From Flavobacteriales bacterium (GTDB taxonomy: Bacteria > Bacteroidota > Bacteroidia > Flavobacteriales_D > Crocinitomicaceae): a DNA stretch of 64,000 nucleotides. The stretch spans positions 24,891-88,890 of the forward strand of contig CANHOA010000003.1 of NCBI GenBank assembly GCA_947462255.1. Direction: 5' to 3'. This document shows positions 26,353 through 37,114 of this stretch, in pieces. A program made the position numbers and the translations under genes. Every line of letters begins with the position of its first letter. Positions within the stretch are counted from its first letter, which is position 1. The notes under the pieces are model-generated. The model searched no databases and was not told where the DNA came from. It worked only from the letters and a program-made list of their open reading frames with translations.

Positions 26353-27627
26353 ATGTTTTTAGATTTAACGCTTGAGTTTGCAAAATCTCTTGATCAAAAT
26401 GACCCACTAAAATCCTTTAGGCAAGATTTTCTTTTCCCCACATTTCATGAAAAAGAAGTGCGCTACTTTACTGGAAACTCCCTTGGGCTGCAGCCTAAAA
26501 ATGCAAGAAAATATATCCTTGAAGAGCTTGATGATTGGGAAAAGTTTGGGGTTGAAGGCCATTTTATGTCCCGTAGACCTTGGTACTCTTACCATGAAAA
26601 CCTGACGGATATGATGGCGAAAATTGTTGGTGCTAAACCTCTTGAAGTCGTGGTAACGCATTCATTAACAACAAACCTACACTTGCTGTTGGTATCTTTT
26701 TTTCAGCCAAAAGGGAAAAGGACAAAAATTCTATGTGAAGCTAAAGCCTTTCCAAGCGATCAGTATGCGCTTTCCTCCCAAATTGATTTTCATGGCCTTA
26801 ATGCTGAAAATTTAGTTGAAATTGGCCCGCGAGAAGGGGAACACATCATCAGAGAAGAAGATATTATCGATAAAATAAATCAATTAGGTGATGAATTAGC
26901 CTTAGTAATGATTGGAGGTGTTAACTATTACACTGGACAGCTGTTCGATATGGAGGCTATTTGTGCGGCTGGGCACGCTGTGGGGGCGAAAGTTGGTTTT
27001 GACTTGGCGCATGCCGCAGGTAATGTTTCACTATCTCTTCACGATTGGGGGGTGGATTTTGCGGCGTGGTGTGGATATAAATACCTTAATTCGTCGCCAG
27101 GAGGGGTTTCTGGTTTTTTTGTTCATGAAAGACATGCTAATAACACTGCATTACCGCGGTTTGCAGGTTGGTGGGGTCACAATAAAGAAAGTCGATTTGA
27201 AATGAAGCCGGGATTCCAACCAATTTCCGGTGCTGAAGGCTGGCAACTGAGCAATGCCCCTATATTGGGAATGGCCGCTCAACTTGCTTCACTCGAGGTG
27301 TTTGAGCGTGCAGGAATGGATAGAATTTCAGAAAAAAGAACGCTCCTGACTAGCTATTTAGAATGTGTCATTTTAAATGTTTCTGAAAAAAACAAAGCAC
27401 TTTGTTCATTTGAAATAATTACCCCAAAAGACCCTAAAAGAAGGGGGTCTCAGTTGTCTATTCTATTACATGGAAAGGGAAAAGAAGTGTATGATGCGCT
27501 GACAAATAGAGGTGTGATTGCCGACTGGCGAGAACCCAACGTTATTCGTGTTGCTCCGGCTCCCTTGTACAATAGTTTTGAAGATTGTTATTGGTTTGGT
27601 CAGCACCTCGAAGCGGCTATTCAATAA
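26353..27627 (+). CDS. kynU: Kynureninase
   Basis: About 424 aa, PLP-dependent. It has kynureninase-like segments FLDxxxEFAxxLDxxDPL at the N-terminus, DFAAWCGYKYLNSSPGG and RFAGWWGH. I prefer ATG 26353; the track's TTG at 26275 overlaps hemL. Confidence 0.85.
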   Translation: MFLDLTLEFAKSLDQNDPLKSFRQDFLFPTFHEKEVRYFTGNSLGLQPKNARKYILEELDDWEKFGVEGHFMSRRPWYSYHENLTDMMAKIVGAKPLEVVVTHSLTTNLHLLLVSFFQPKGKRTKILCEAKAFPSDQYALSSQIDFHGLNAENLVEIGPREGEHIIREEDIIDKINQLGDELALVMIGGVNYYTGQLFDMEAICAAGHAVGAKVGFDLAHAAGNVSLSLHDWGVDFAAWCGYKYLNSSPGGVSGFFVHERHANNTALPRFAGWWGHNKESRFEMKPGFQPISGAEGWQLSNAPILGMAAQLASLEVFERAGMDRISEKRTLLTSYLECVILNVSEKNKALCSFEIITPKDPKRRGSQLSILLHGKGKEVYDALTNRGVIADWREPNVIRVAPAPLYNSFEDCYWFGQHLEAAIQ

Positions 27628-28205
27628 GATCCTTCGTTAGACACAATCATTGAAATTGCTTCTGGAAAATAACGCATTTCAAGGTCGCGTATTTTTTGTT
27701 CTAAAGACGAAACGGTTTCGTTTTTTTCTACTTCGCAAGTATATTGCATGAGGATTTTACCTTGGTCAAAAACCTCATTAACAAGATGAATGGTTATCCC
27801 TGATGTAAGCGATTTAGCCTCTAAAACTGCGGCATGAACATGTTTTCCGTACATGCCCTTTCCTCCAAAATCTGGTAATAATGAGGGGTGTATGTTGATT
27901 ATTTTATGGGACAGGTGTTCTATTAATTCCGGAGTGATTTTTTTCAAATATCCCGCTAAAATTACCCAATCAATACTTTGATTGGTACAAAGTTTTATTT
28001 GCTGTGTTGAGAGATCAGTTTGGTTTTGAGAGATAAAAAACCCGATGCCTTTTTTTAAACAAAATTCAGCCATGCTGGGGTTTTCCTTCGTGGAAAACAC
28101 AAACTTGACACTAATTTTTTCAGAATCATTAAAATAATCAATGATGTTTTGGGCATTTGAGCCCTTGCCTGAAATAAATATTGCTATATTTTTTAAGGTT
28201 TTCAC
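27621..28205 (-). CDS. purN: Phosphoribosylglycinamide formyltransferase
   Basis: 194 aa with IAIFISGKGSNAQ and NIHPSLLPDFGG motifs. It has a GTG start, with no in-frame ATG available near the N-terminus. Confidence 0.9.
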   Translation of the reverse strand: MKTLKNIAIFISGKGSNAQNIIDYFNDSEKISVKFVFSTKENPSMAEFCLKKGIGFFISQNQTDLSTQQIKLCTNQSIDWVILAGYLKKITPELIEHLSHKIINIHPSLLPDFGGKGMYGKHVHAAVLEAKSLTSGITIHLVNEVFDQGKILMQYTCEVEKNETVSSLEQKIRDLEMRYFPEAISMIVSNEGSY

Positions 28206-28326
28206 GAGGCAAAATTAACGATATATCTATATTTTCATACTATGAATTTAACCTTTATCGTGAGAATCAAGAACTGTTAATTCCTTATTTTAAATTGAAA
28301 AAGAGCTATAAAGGGAAATCAATGTT

Positions 28327-29094
28327 CTATTTAGGAATTCGAAATGATAACCCCGCATTGACAAATCCATTGGCTATGTTGCTGTTCAAACCAACGCCTG
28401 CAGAACAATCGAACTGTAAATTAGGCTTTGCTCTCCAAATAAAACCTCCATTAAGACCAGGGGCAAAATTTAAGGGGTCGGACAAACTAACATAGCTTTC
28501 AATAAATATTCCAGTTGCTTTAGGGAGTTCGAGGTCTAGCCCTACTGAGGCAAAATATTCTGGGACAGCATCAATTCCATTCCAAAACAAACCATTGTTC
28601 AATGTTAATAAAAGACTTTCGCTTAAATCCCATTCCATCGGAATAAGAATAGAGGGGTTTAATTGAGGCCTTACTGTATCTGCTGATAAATAAGGAACTC
28701 CTAAGTTGCCCAAAACTGCAGTGCTAGGAATAAGCCCTTTTTGAGCAGTTACACGTGCTTTAAATCCAAGAGAAAAGGGGGAAAGTTCAAGTGGGGCTTT
28801 GAGTCCGTTTGTATATTCTTGTTCTAAGTTAATGGCAAAGCGAAGTTCGAAAGCATCAAATATCCCCCATCGCATTGTGAGGTTATTCCACGATATACTT
28901 TTTGTTTTAACGCTAGCCTCTTTATTATACTCCAAATTCAATCCTGTTTCTATTTGAAAGTAATGCTCTGGTACAATCTGTGAGGATTCACCAAGTCCGG
29001 GACGATCTGGCTGAATTGGACCGGGTTCCGTTTGGGCGAGGAGAATGGTATGCGCCAAAACAAAACAAAGAATGGTAGTAACTTTAATTATCAT
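28327..29094 (-). CDS. Outer-membrane transporter-like beta-barrel (MetA-pathway/phenol-degradation-like family)
   Basis: 255 aa with a signal peptide, followed by PDRPGLGESSQIVP..FQIETG, which is typical of that family's N-terminus. Confidence 0.5.
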   Translation of the reverse strand: MIIKVTTILCFVLAHTILLAQTEPGPIQPDRPGLGESSQIVPEHYFQIETGLNLEYNKEASVKTKSISWNNLTMRWGIFDAFELRFAINLEQEYTNGLKAPLELSPFSLGFKARVTAQKGLIPSTAVLGNLGVPYLSADTVRPQLNPSILIPMEWDLSESLLLTLNNGLFWNGIDAVPEYFASVGLDLELPKATGIFIESYVSLSDPLNFAPGLNGGFIWRAKPNLQFDCSAGVGLNSNIANGFVNAGLSFRIPK

Positions 29095-29395
29095 AAGTTA
29101 AAGTTAATAAATGTTTATTTGTTGACCCTATATAAATTTTCAAGTATTATTCTTAGAGTAATTTGTAATCGCCCTAAACATCAATTAATCCTTACTGATT
29201 AAACAATATTAACAAGCGCTACAACAACCAAAAAAGTCATTTAAAAATTATTTATATCTATCTAAATTAAATGGTTGGATTTCTGAAAATGATTGGAGTA
29301 AATTATGATAAATAAATAAATAAACGTCTAATTGTTTTGATATTTGCTCGTTTGTTTTTTTCTTTGTACTCTAAAACCATTTTAAAATTAAAAAA

Positions 29396-29632
29396 ATGTC
29401 TGAAATTAAAGATAAAGTTATAGCAATAATCGTTGATAAACTTAATGTTGATCAAGCTGAAGTAACCAACGAAGCAAGTTTCACAAATGATTTAGGTGCG
29501 GATTCATTAGACACCGTTGAATTAATTATGGAGTTTGAAAAATCATTCAACATCTCTATTCCAGATGATCAAGCAGAAGGTATTCAAACAGTTGGCGATG
29601 CCATTGACTACATTGAAAAAAACCACAAATAA
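29396..29632 (+). CDS. acpP: Acyl carrier protein
   Basis: 78 aa with the phosphopantetheine attachment motif [17 protein letters not shown]. Confidence 0.95.
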   Translation: MSEIKDKVIAIIVDKLNVDQAEVTNEASFTNDLGADSLDTVELIMEFEKSFNISIPDDQAEGIQTVGDAIDYIEKNHK

Positions 29633-29655
29633 GATACTTGTCTTAAGTTATACTT

Positions 29656-30909
29656 ATGCAGCTTAAACGTGTCGTAATAACAGGTCTTGGTGCGCTAACC
29701 CCCATTGGTAATGATGTTGAGTCCTTTTGGCAGGCACTATTAAATGGTAAAAGCGGCGCAGCTCCAATCAAACAATTTGATTCTTCTTTATTTAAGACGC
29801 AATTTGCTTGTGAGCTAAAAGATTTTAATATTGAAGACCATATGGATCGTAAAGAGGCAAGGAAACTTGACCAATTTGCACAATATGCTCTCGTAAGTGC
29901 CACTCAAGCTGTAGAAGACTCTAAACTATTAGATTCTAATCCGAATAAAGACCGAATAGGTGTTGTTTGGGGTTCTGGCATTGGAGGCCTTAAAACCTTT
30001 CAAGACGAAGCTCAAAACTTTTTCGCTGGAGACGGCACCCCAAGAATAAATCCTTTTTTTATTCCAAAAATGATTGCAGATATTGCCTCTGGGCATATTT
30101 CAATTAAGTATGGTTTTAGGGGGCCAAATTACGTTACGGTTTCTGCTTGTGCTTCATCAACTAATGCGATAATTGACGCCTTTAATTTAATCCGATTAGG
30201 AAAATCAGACGCTATCGTAACAGGAGGATCCGAAGCTGCTGTTAATGAAATGGGAATTGGAGGATTTAATGCCTTAAAAGCGCTTTCCACTCGAAATGAT
30301 TCGCCGGAAACAGCCTCTAGGCCTTTTGACGTGGATCGAGATGGATTTGTTTTAGGAGAGGGAGCCGGAGCGCTAATCCTCGAGGAACTTACTCACGCTT
30401 TAAATCGCGGGGCGAAAATTTATGCAGAAGTAGCTGGCGGAGGAATGTCTGGTGACGCTTACCACATGACGGCACCGCATCCTGAAGGAATTGGCGCAAG
30501 AAATACTATGATAGCGGCATTAGAAGACGCTGAGTTAAAGCCTACAGATGTAGATTATGTTAATGTTCATGGTACCTCAACACCTTTGGGCGATATTGCT
30601 GAAGTTAAAGCAATTGAAGCAGTATTTGGAGAGCATTCATTTAATTTAAATATTAGCGCTACAAAATCTATGACGGGTCACTTATTAGGTGCCGCTGGGG
30701 CTATAGAGGCAATTGCCTGTGTGCTTAGTGTACAAAATGATATTGTTCCTCCAACTATTAATCATTTTACTGATGATCCTGAGTTGAATTCAAATCTAAA
30801 TTTTACCTTCAATAAGGCACAGAAAAGAGTAGTAAATGTAGCTCTTTCCAATACTTTTGGGTTTGGTGGGCACAATACTAGCGTCATTGTAAAAAAGTTT
30901 GTTTCTTAA
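29656..30909 (+). CDS. fabF: 3-oxoacyl-ACP synthase II
   Basis: 417 aa with the active-site Cys context VSACASS, plus HGTSTPLGD and GHLLGAAG. Confidence 0.9.
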   Translation: MQLKRVVITGLGALTPIGNDVESFWQALLNGKSGAAPIKQFDSSLFKTQFACELKDFNIEDHMDRKEARKLDQFAQYALVSATQAVEDSKLLDSNPNKDRIGVVWGSGIGGLKTFQDEAQNFFAGDGTPRINPFFIPKMIADIASGHISIKYGFRGPNYVTVSACASSTNAIIDAFNLIRLGKSDAIVTGGSEAAVNEMGIGGFNALKALSTRNDSPETASRPFDVDRDGFVLGEGAGALILEELTHALNRGAKIYAEVAGGGMSGDAYHMTAPHPEGIGARNTMIAALEDAELKPTDVDYVNVHGTSTPLGDIAEVKAIEAVFGEHSFNLNISATKSMTGHLLGAAGAIEAIACVLSVQNDIVPPTINHFTDDPELNSNLNFTFNKAQKRVVNVALSNTFGFGGHNTSVIVKKFVS

Positions 30910-31635
30910 TTGGGACGACTTAGATCCTTTTTTACAAAAGCCAAATCTCCAGAAGACCTTATTCTAATCCGTTTTATTATTGATAGCTTCGGGTATCGCC
31001 CCAGCAACCTTTTTAATTTTAAAAAGGCCTTGTCACATAAATCCATCGCAATACATAATGATGTGTTAGAATCAAACGAGCGGCTCGAATTTTTGGGAGA
31101 CGCCATACTTGATGCGGTTATCGCGGAATATTTATACGAAAAATACCCGGGGGATGATGAGGGATATTTAACCAAATTAAAATCTAAAATTGTAAATAGA
31201 AAAACCCTTTCGGACATCGCCGAGAAAATGGGTATACGTCAGCACCTTAATTACAGCACCGTTCGCACTATAAATATTTCCAGTGTTGAGGGAAATGCCT
31301 TTGAGGCGCTCATGGGAGCCATCTACCTTGATGCTGGATATGACCAAGTTAAAAAAAGCGTGCGAAATCATGTGCTGCGTAAATTTGTAGAGGTTGATCA
31401 GTTACTAGAGGAGGAAATTGACTTTAAGTCCCGATTAATTATTTGGTGTCAGAAGAAAAAATTAGCCTTGTCTTTCATCATTTTATCAGAAAGTAACCAT
31501 CGAGGAGTTTCAAATTATGAAATGCAAGCAATCATTAGTGAAAAGGTTTATGGAAATGGTAAGGCGGGTAATAAGAAAGAAGCCGAGCAACTTGCCGCTA
31601 AAGAAGCCCTTAAAATAATTGGTGAAATTGACTGA
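30910..31635 (+). CDS. rnc: Ribonuclease III
   Basis: 241 aa with the ERLEFLGDA signature and a C-terminal dsRBD (GNKKEAEQLAAKEAL). An obligatory TTG start directly abuts the fabF TAA. Confidence 0.85.
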   Translation: MGRLRSFFTKAKSPEDLILIRFIIDSFGYRPSNLFNFKKALSHKSIAIHNDVLESNERLEFLGDAILDAVIAEYLYEKYPGDDEGYLTKLKSKIVNRKTLSDIAEKMGIRQHLNYSTVRTINISSVEGNAFEALMGAIYLDAGYDQVKKSVRNHVLRKFVEVDQLLEEEIDFKSRLIIWCQKKKLALSFIILSESNHRGVSNYEMQAIISEKVYGNGKAGNKKEAEQLAAKEALKIIGEID

Positions 31636-31690
31636 TTTAGCTTTTTTGTTAAAAAATATTCTTTTCTTTGTAGTCTTAAATTATATAATT

Positions 31691-31921
31691 ATGAGTTGGA
31701 CTGATTTTATTTATTCTGCAGCAGATGGTTTTCAATGGAGCTTTGGTTTTTTCGAGTTTGTACAAAACCATTTCAACGACTTATTATTATTATTAGGCTT
31801 CGTTGGCTTCGGATATTGGATGAATGTACAGCGAAAGTTTAATGCAAAGTCTAACGTGCCTGTTGAATCCAGTGAAAATACGGGTTGGTATAAGGACAAC
31901 GAAGGAAAGCAGATTAAATAA
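31691..31921 (+). CDS. Small single-pass membrane protein, function unknown
   Basis: 76 aa counted from ATG 31691 (MSWTDFIYSAADGF..), with one hydrophobic segment LLLLLGFVGFGYW. The track's longer version starts inside rnc. Confidence 0.4.
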   Translation: MSWTDFIYSAADGFQWSFGFFEFVQNHFNDLLLLLGFVGFGYWMNVQRKFNAKSNVPVESSENTGWYKDNEGKQIK

Positions 31922-31948
31922 TTCCTGCTTATCGTTGATTTATTCTCT

Positions 31949-32692
31949 TTAAATTAAAGAAGACTTCAAGTATTCTCTATTCATTCTTGCTATATTTTCT
32001 AGGGATATGCCTTTTGGACATTCCACTTCACAAGCACCTGTATTCGTGCAGTTTCCAAATCCTTCTGCATCCATTTGATTAACCATATTCAAAACGCGTT
32101 CCTTTGCCTCTACTTTTCCCTGCGGAAGCAAAGAAAATTGCGAAACTTTAGCTGAAACAAACAACATCGCTGAAGAATTCTTACAAGTAGCTACACAGGC
32201 ACCACATCCAATACAAGTAGCAGCATCAAAGGCTTTATCAGCATCGTGCTTTGGTATCGGTATTGTGTTGGCGTCAATTGTGTTCCCAGAAGTGTTTACG
32301 GAAATAAATCCGCCGGATTGTTGAATTCTATCAAAAGAACTTCGGTCAACAACAAGGTCTTTAATTACTGGAAATGCCTTTGCTCTAAATGGTTCAATGT
32401 AAATGGTGTCGCCATCTTTAAACTTGCGCATATGCAACTGGCAAGTAGTCACCAGCCTGTCTGGGCCATGTGCTTCTCCATTGATAAACAAGGAACACAT
32501 CCCACAAATTCCCTCACGACAATCATGATCAAAAGCAACAGTGTCCTCTCCTTTAACAATTAATTCATCGTTCAGGATGTCTAACATCTCAAGAAAAGAC
32601 ATGTCAGGTTCAATGTTGTCAACAGTATAATCCACCATTTTTCCTGGTGAGCTAGCGTTATTTTGGCGCCAAATTTTTAATGCTAATTTCAT
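31949..32692 (-). CDS. sdhB: Succinate dehydrogenase/fumarate reductase iron-sulfur subunit
   Basis: 247 aa with Cys clusters [17 protein letters not shown] and [10 protein letters not shown]. Confidence 0.9.
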   Translation of the reverse strand: MKLALKIWRQNNASSPGKMVDYTVDNIEPDMSFLEMLDILNDELIVKGEDTVAFDHDCREGICGMCSLFINGEAHGPDRLVTTCQLHMRKFKDGDTIYIEPFRAKAFPVIKDLVVDRSSFDRIQQSGGFISVNTSGNTIDANTIPIPKHDADKAFDAATCIGCGACVATCKNSSAMLFVSAKVSQFSLLPQGKVEAKERVLNMVNQMDAEGFGNCTNTGACEVECPKGISLENIARMNREYLKSSLI

Positions 32693-32719
32693 GGTTCTTT
32701 TGCTGGTTAAGCGTCACTA

Positions 32720-34720
32720 TTATTTATAACTTCTTTGAACTAATTCTACATTATCGTATACCAATTCTTCCTTGTGAAGAATGGCATCACTAGGATTTCC
32801 TTTATACTCCCAAGCGGCAACATAAGCAAAGTTTTTATCATCTCGTTGAGCTTCTCCATCTGCGGTTTGGAATTCTTCTCGGAAATGACCTCCACAAGAT
32901 TCATTGCGATGTAGAGCATCTTTTGCAAACAATTCTCCTAATTCTAAAAAATCAGCCACGCGCAGTGCTTTTGCTAACTCAGGATTGAAGCTGTCTGCTG
33001 TGCCAGGAATTTTTACATCCTTATAAAACTCTTCTCGAATTTGGGCAATTTCTTGCTGCGCCTCTTTAAGTCCTTGTTCATTTCGAGACATTCCGGCTTT
33101 ATTCCACATTATTTTCCCTAATTTTTTGTGAAAATAATCCGCTGGCTTTGTGCCTCCGTTGTTCATCAAACGACTAATCTGATCCACTACGTTTTGCTCC
33201 GCAGCATCAAACTCAGGGGTGTCAGTAGAAATTTTGCCTTTTTTAATGTCGGGAGCCAAATAATCTCCTATGGTATAAGGTAATACAAAGTAGCCATCAG
33301 CCAAACCTTGCATCAACGCTGAGGCACCGAGACGGTTTGCACCATGATCGGAAAAATTTGATTCTCCAATTGAAAAACACCCAGGAATAGTTGTTTGAAG
33401 ATTATAATCAACCCATGTTCCCCCCATCGTATAATGGACAGCAGGATAAATCATCATCGGTGTCGAATATGGATTTTCATCCACTATTTTTTCATACATC
33501 TGAAAAAGGTTACCGTATTTATTAGCAACAATTTCAGTTCCCAATTTAATAACCAAGGTTTTATCGTTTTCATCTAAATGCTTCAAGCGGGCTTGGTCTA
33601 TTCCGTAGCGCTCGATGGCGGCGGCAAAATCCAAATAAACGGCTTCACCTGTTTTATTCACCCCAAAACCAGCGTCACATCGCTCTTTTGCAGCGCGCGA
33701 TGCAATATCTCGTGGAACTAAATTACCAAATGCTGGGTAACGTCTCTCTAAATAATAATCGCGGTCCTCTTCGGCTAATTGAGTGGGTTTTAATTTTCCT
33801 TCCCGAATCAGTTTTGCATCTTCCAATTTTGCAGGAACCCAAATACGCCCATCATTACGCAAAGATTCTGACATCAGGGTAAGTTTTGCCTGGTGGTCAC
33901 CCGACACAGGAATGCAGGTAGGGTGAATTTGTGTATAACAAGGGTTTGCAAAAAATGCGCCTCGCTTATGTATTTTCCATGCTGCTGTTACATTGCTGCC
34001 CATTGCATTCGTTGAAAGAAAAAAGACATTTCCATAGCCACCTGAAGCTATTACAACAGCATGAGCTGAATGACGCTCAATTTTTCCGCTTATTAGGTCT
34101 CTTGCAATAATCCCCCTCGCTTTTCCATCAACAATTACAAGGTCTAACATTTCATGTCTGTTGTGCATTTTTATCTTGCCGCGACCTATTTGCCTGTTCA
34201 TGGCAGAATAAGCACCCAATAATAATTGTTGTCCTGTTTGACCTTTAGCATAAAAGGTTCGGGATACTAGCGTGCCCCCGAATGAGCGATTATCTAATAA
34301 TCCGCCGTATTCTCTAGCAAATGGAACTCCCTGTGCGACGCATTGGTCAATTATATTCGTTGAAACCTCTGCTAAACGATGCACATTTGCTTCTCTAGCG
34401 CGATAATCCCCCCCTTTAACGGTGTCATAAAATAAGCGAAAAGTAGAATCTCCATCTCCCTGATAATTTTTTGCCGCGTTAATTCCTCCCTGTGCAGCGA
34501 TAGAATGCGCTCTTCTAGGTGAATCTTGAAAACAAAAAGCTTTAACATTATAGCCTAACTCCGCAAGTGTTGCTGCGGCAGAACCTCCGGCCAATCCTGT
34601 TCCAACAATTATAACATCAAGATTTCGCTTATTTGCAGGATTTACCAAGTTAATGTGGTCCTTGTAGTGGGTCCACTTATCCGAAATCGGCCCCTTGGGT
34701 ATTTTTGAATCTAAAGCCAT
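32720..34720 (-). CDS. sdhA: Succinate dehydrogenase/fumarate reductase flavoprotein subunit
   Basis: 666 aa with the FAD motif [11 protein letters not shown] and the covalent-FAD context [14 protein letters not shown]. Confidence 0.9.
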   Translation of the reverse strand: MALDSKIPKGPISDKWTHYKDHINLVNPANKRNLDVIIVGTGLAGGSAAATLAELGYNVKAFCFQDSPRRAHSIAAQGGINAAKNYQGDGDSTFRLFYDTVKGGDYRAREANVHRLAEVSTNIIDQCVAQGVPFAREYGGLLDNRSFGGTLVSRTFYAKGQTGQQLLLGAYSAMNRQIGRGKIKMHNRHEMLDLVIVDGKARGIIARDLISGKIERHSAHAVVIASGGYGNVFFLSTNAMGSNVTAAWKIHKRGAFFANPCYTQIHPTCIPVSGDHQAKLTLMSESLRNDGRIWVPAKLEDAKLIREGKLKPTQLAEEDRDYYLERRYPAFGNLVPRDIASRAAKERCDAGFGVNKTGEAVYLDFAAAIERYGIDQARLKHLDENDKTLVIKLGTEIVANKYGNLFQMYEKIVDENPYSTPMMIYPAVHYTMGGTWVDYNLQTTIPGCFSIGESNFSDHGANRLGASALMQGLADGYFVLPYTIGDYLAPDIKKGKISTDTPEFDAAEQNVVDQISRLMNNGGTKPADYFHKKLGKIMWNKAGMSRNEQGLKEAQQEIAQIREEFYKDVKIPGTADSFNPELAKALRVADFLELGELFAKDALHRNESCGGHFREEFQTADGEAQRDDKNFAYVAAWEYKGNPSDAILHKEELVYDNVELVQRSYK

Positions 34721-34726
34721 TATTAA

Positions 34727-35392
34727 TTAATGATTAAAGTGATGAAAAAGTGCAATAAAAATAAATCCAAAAGGAACAATCACTGCAAAAGCATATCCAA
34801 CTTTATGCAGTGTTTTAGAATACTTATTGTTCATTCCTACAGACTGAAAAGAGGAGTTGAATCCGTGCCATAAATGCAGGAACAAAAAGAAAAATGAAAA
34901 ACAATAAATTGATGTTCTGATCGGGCTGTGAAACTTCTCTGCCAACTCGTGAAAATAGCGTTCGGAAGCTATCGGCTTTGCCTCAACGTACTTATATACC
35001 ATTTCGGGAATCCAAAAATCATAAAAGTGCAGTCCTAAAAATGATAAGACAACAATCCCGGAAATAATCATGTTTCTTGAAGGCCAAGAAGCATTTGCGG
35101 CCCCATTATATTTTGCATAACCAATTGGACGAGAGGCCCTGTTCTTGAAATCCAACACAAAACCCATAATAAAATGAAATAAAACACCCAAAATTAAAAC
35201 CGGCTGCATGGCAAACTGAATGAGTGGATTGTTACCCATGAAGTGAGCTAATGTATTAAACAAATCTTCGTTAAATACAGAGATCAGATTGATAAAAAAA
35301 TGGATCGACAAGAAAGTGACTAGAAACAGTCCAGAAAGTGCCATGGCAATCTTTTTGGCAATCGAAGACTTCAAAATGGGAGAATTAGACAT
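34727..35392 (-). CDS. sdhC: Succinate dehydrogenase cytochrome b subunit (b558 family)
   Basis: 221-aa polytopic membrane protein with conserved His residues, positioned first in the sdhCAB order. Confidence 0.75.
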   Translation of the reverse strand: MSNSPILKSSIAKKIAMALSGLFLVTFLSIHFFINLISVFNEDLFNTLAHFMGNNPLIQFAMQPVLILGVLFHFIMGFVLDFKNRASRPIGYAKYNGAANASWPSRNMIISGIVVLSFLGLHFYDFWIPEMVYKYVEAKPIASERYFHELAEKFHSPIRTSIYCFSFFFLFLHLWHGFNSSFQSVGMNNKYSKTLHKVGYAFAVIVPFGFIFIALFHHFNH

Positions 35393-35461
35393 AATTTTAA
35401 ACTAAAATAATCGATGCAAATTTAATAAAATCAACAATTAGATCGCGTTTTTTGTTCTTAT

Positions 35462-36367
35462 TTATAATTGGTGTAAATAGGCAACTGTCGTTTCGTTGTC
35501 GTTTACACAGATTTGTGTGCGTTTTCCGAAAACCAATGCCCTATTATCGTCAATGTGACCAGACGGGAAATTAAATACAACAGGCATGTTTGAAAACTGA
35601 AGTTGCTCAAGTATAATCTCTTCAATAGATCGTCCTAGCGGTGGATCGGTGTCTTCAAGCTCGGTCATTCCTCCTATAATTAACCCTCTTATTTTTTCAA
35701 ATACTCCAGCCTTACTTAATGCAAAAATCATCCGTTCTACTTGATAATAATGTTCTCCCACGTCCTCTAAAAAAAGTATTGAATTTTCAAAATCATACTG
35801 ATCATTGGTCCCCAACATACTGTAGACAATACTAAGGTTGCCACCAATTAAATTGCCTGTTGCTGTACCTATTCTGTTAGACTTGTTTGGAGGCAGTACA
35901 AAAGGAGTGGATTTATCCGTCATACTTTCTAAGAGTGTAAGAAGCGCCTCGTCGGTATTTTTTTGAAAACTAATTGGCATTGTAGCATGTATGCTTTGAA
36001 TCCCTAATTTTTGCAATCGGTGATGAAAAACGGTAATATCACTGAACCCTATCATCCATTTAGGCTCAAGTAATACATTCGCCCAATTAAGTCGATCTAA
36101 AATACAAATGCTTCCATATCCCCCTCTAGCACAAAGAATCGCCCTTACATCGGGGTGGTCTATCCCAAACTGTAAATCAAATAGGCGCTCGTCGTCTGTT
36201 CCAGAAAAATAATTATGATTTCCAAAACAATGAGCACTCACCAATACCATATATCCATTTTTCTCTAAATATTCTTTCGCGAAAAAAACGCTTGAAGAAT
36301 CTATTCTTTTAGCCGGAGCGGTTATATAAATTAGATCACCTGGAACTAAAGGAGCTGGTTGAATCAT
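35462..36367 (-). CDS. LD-carboxypeptidase (peptidase S66)
   Basis: 301 aa with the Ser nucleophile context GFSDITVFH, an LEDVGE motif and FPSGH. Confidence 0.75.
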   Translation of the reverse strand: MIQPAPLVPGDLIYITAPAKRIDSSSVFFAKEYLEKNGYMVLVSAHCFGNHNYFSGTDDERLFDLQFGIDHPDVRAILCARGGYGSICILDRLNWANVLLEPKWMIGFSDITVFHHRLQKLGIQSIHATMPISFQKNTDEALLTLLESMTDKSTPFVLPPNKSNRIGTATGNLIGGNLSIVYSMLGTNDQYDFENSILFLEDVGEHYYQVERMIFALSKAGVFEKIRGLIIGGMTELEDTDPPLGRSIEEIILEQLQFSNMPVVFNFPSGHIDDNRALVFGKRTQICVNDNETTVAYLHQL

Positions 36368-37032
36368 TTTTTAAGAAAAAAAGATTGGGCGATTGATAAG
36401 TCGAATGGTGTCGTAATTTTTATGTTTTCCTCGTTGCTTTCAACAAAACAAATAGGCTCCCCAATTTGCTCTACCAAAGTGGCGTCATCTGTAATTGAAG
36501 GCATGAAATCTTGTTCGTAGGCTAAGCGCAATGTCTTTTCATGGAAACACTGAGGAGTGTGTACGAGGCGAAAAGAGGCTCTGTTTGCTGACTGATTCGT
36601 TCCTTCGGAAATTTTCCGAATCGTATCTTTAATCATTAAAACTGGTACAACAGCCTTCACAACATTTAACGAAAGAAAACATCGTGTAATGGTTTCAATT
36701 GATACAAACGGCCTTACGCCATCGTGAACAGCAATGTGTTCTCCAGTAGCGTAACGCAAAGCATTTTGGATAGAATGAAAGCGCTCCTCTCCACCCGCTA
36801 TAATTTGATGAGGAATATCAAATCCGATTTTTTTTATACTAGATTTCCAGTATACTATCCACTCTGAGGGCAATGTTACGAGTATTTCTATCGACGGGTC
36901 GAAGGTGTGAAAAACGCTTATCGTGTGAGCTAATATCGGTAATTCTCCGAGCAAAATAAATTGCTTCGGAATGTCTTTTCCAATTCGCTTTCCAATTCCT
37001 CCAGCGGTAATAATAACCGTACGATTTACCAT
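36364..37032 (-). CDS. ispD: 2-C-methyl-D-erythritol 4-phosphate cytidylyltransferase
   Basis: [17 protein letters not shown] motif. I prefer ATG 37032 (MVNRTV..) over the TTG at 37038. It has an ATGA overlap with the downstream carboxypeptidase gene. Confidence 0.85.
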   Translation of the reverse strand: MVNRTVIITAGGIGKRIGKDIPKQFILLGELPILAHTISVFHTFDPSIEILVTLPSEWIVYWKSSIKKIGFDIPHQIIAGGEERFHSIQNALRYATGEHIAVHDGVRPFVSIETITRCFLSLNVVKAVVPVLMIKDTIRKISEGTNQSANRASFRLVHTPQCFHEKTLRLAYEQDFMPSITDDATLVEQIGEPICFVESNEENIKITTPFDLSIAQSFFLKK

Positions 37033-37090
37033 GCTCAAAAATAAGTATAAGTCTTGTATCTACAAACTTTACATTATACTCTTGTTTTTT

Positions 37091-37098
37091 TATCTTTG
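37091..37098 (+). promoter_or_regulatory. Candidate -7 promoter box (TATCTTTG) for cysS
   Basis: Matches TAnnTTTG and ends 16 nt upstream of ATG 37115. Confidence 0.4.
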
Positions 37099-37114
37099 TG
37101 TAAAATATAGTTCA

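Noticed and set aside
28181-28495. 104-aa plus-strand ORF overlapping the purN start and the outer-membrane transporter gene.
   Set aside because: It shows no recognisable motifs. It overlaps two better-supported minus-strand genes and has the typical composition of a shadow ORF.
36971-37114. Long N-terminal extensions in the track. They affect cysS (36971), kynU (26275), truB (44859), rpiB (57829), the thioredoxin-fold gene (53307), rpoN (14290), the CruF-like gene (24041), crtZ (23379), ispD (37038) and the small ORF at 31619.
   Set aside because: The extensions overlap the neighbouring gene and add non-homologous residues. An internal ATG sits exactly where the conserved N-terminus begins, so I shortened these calls.
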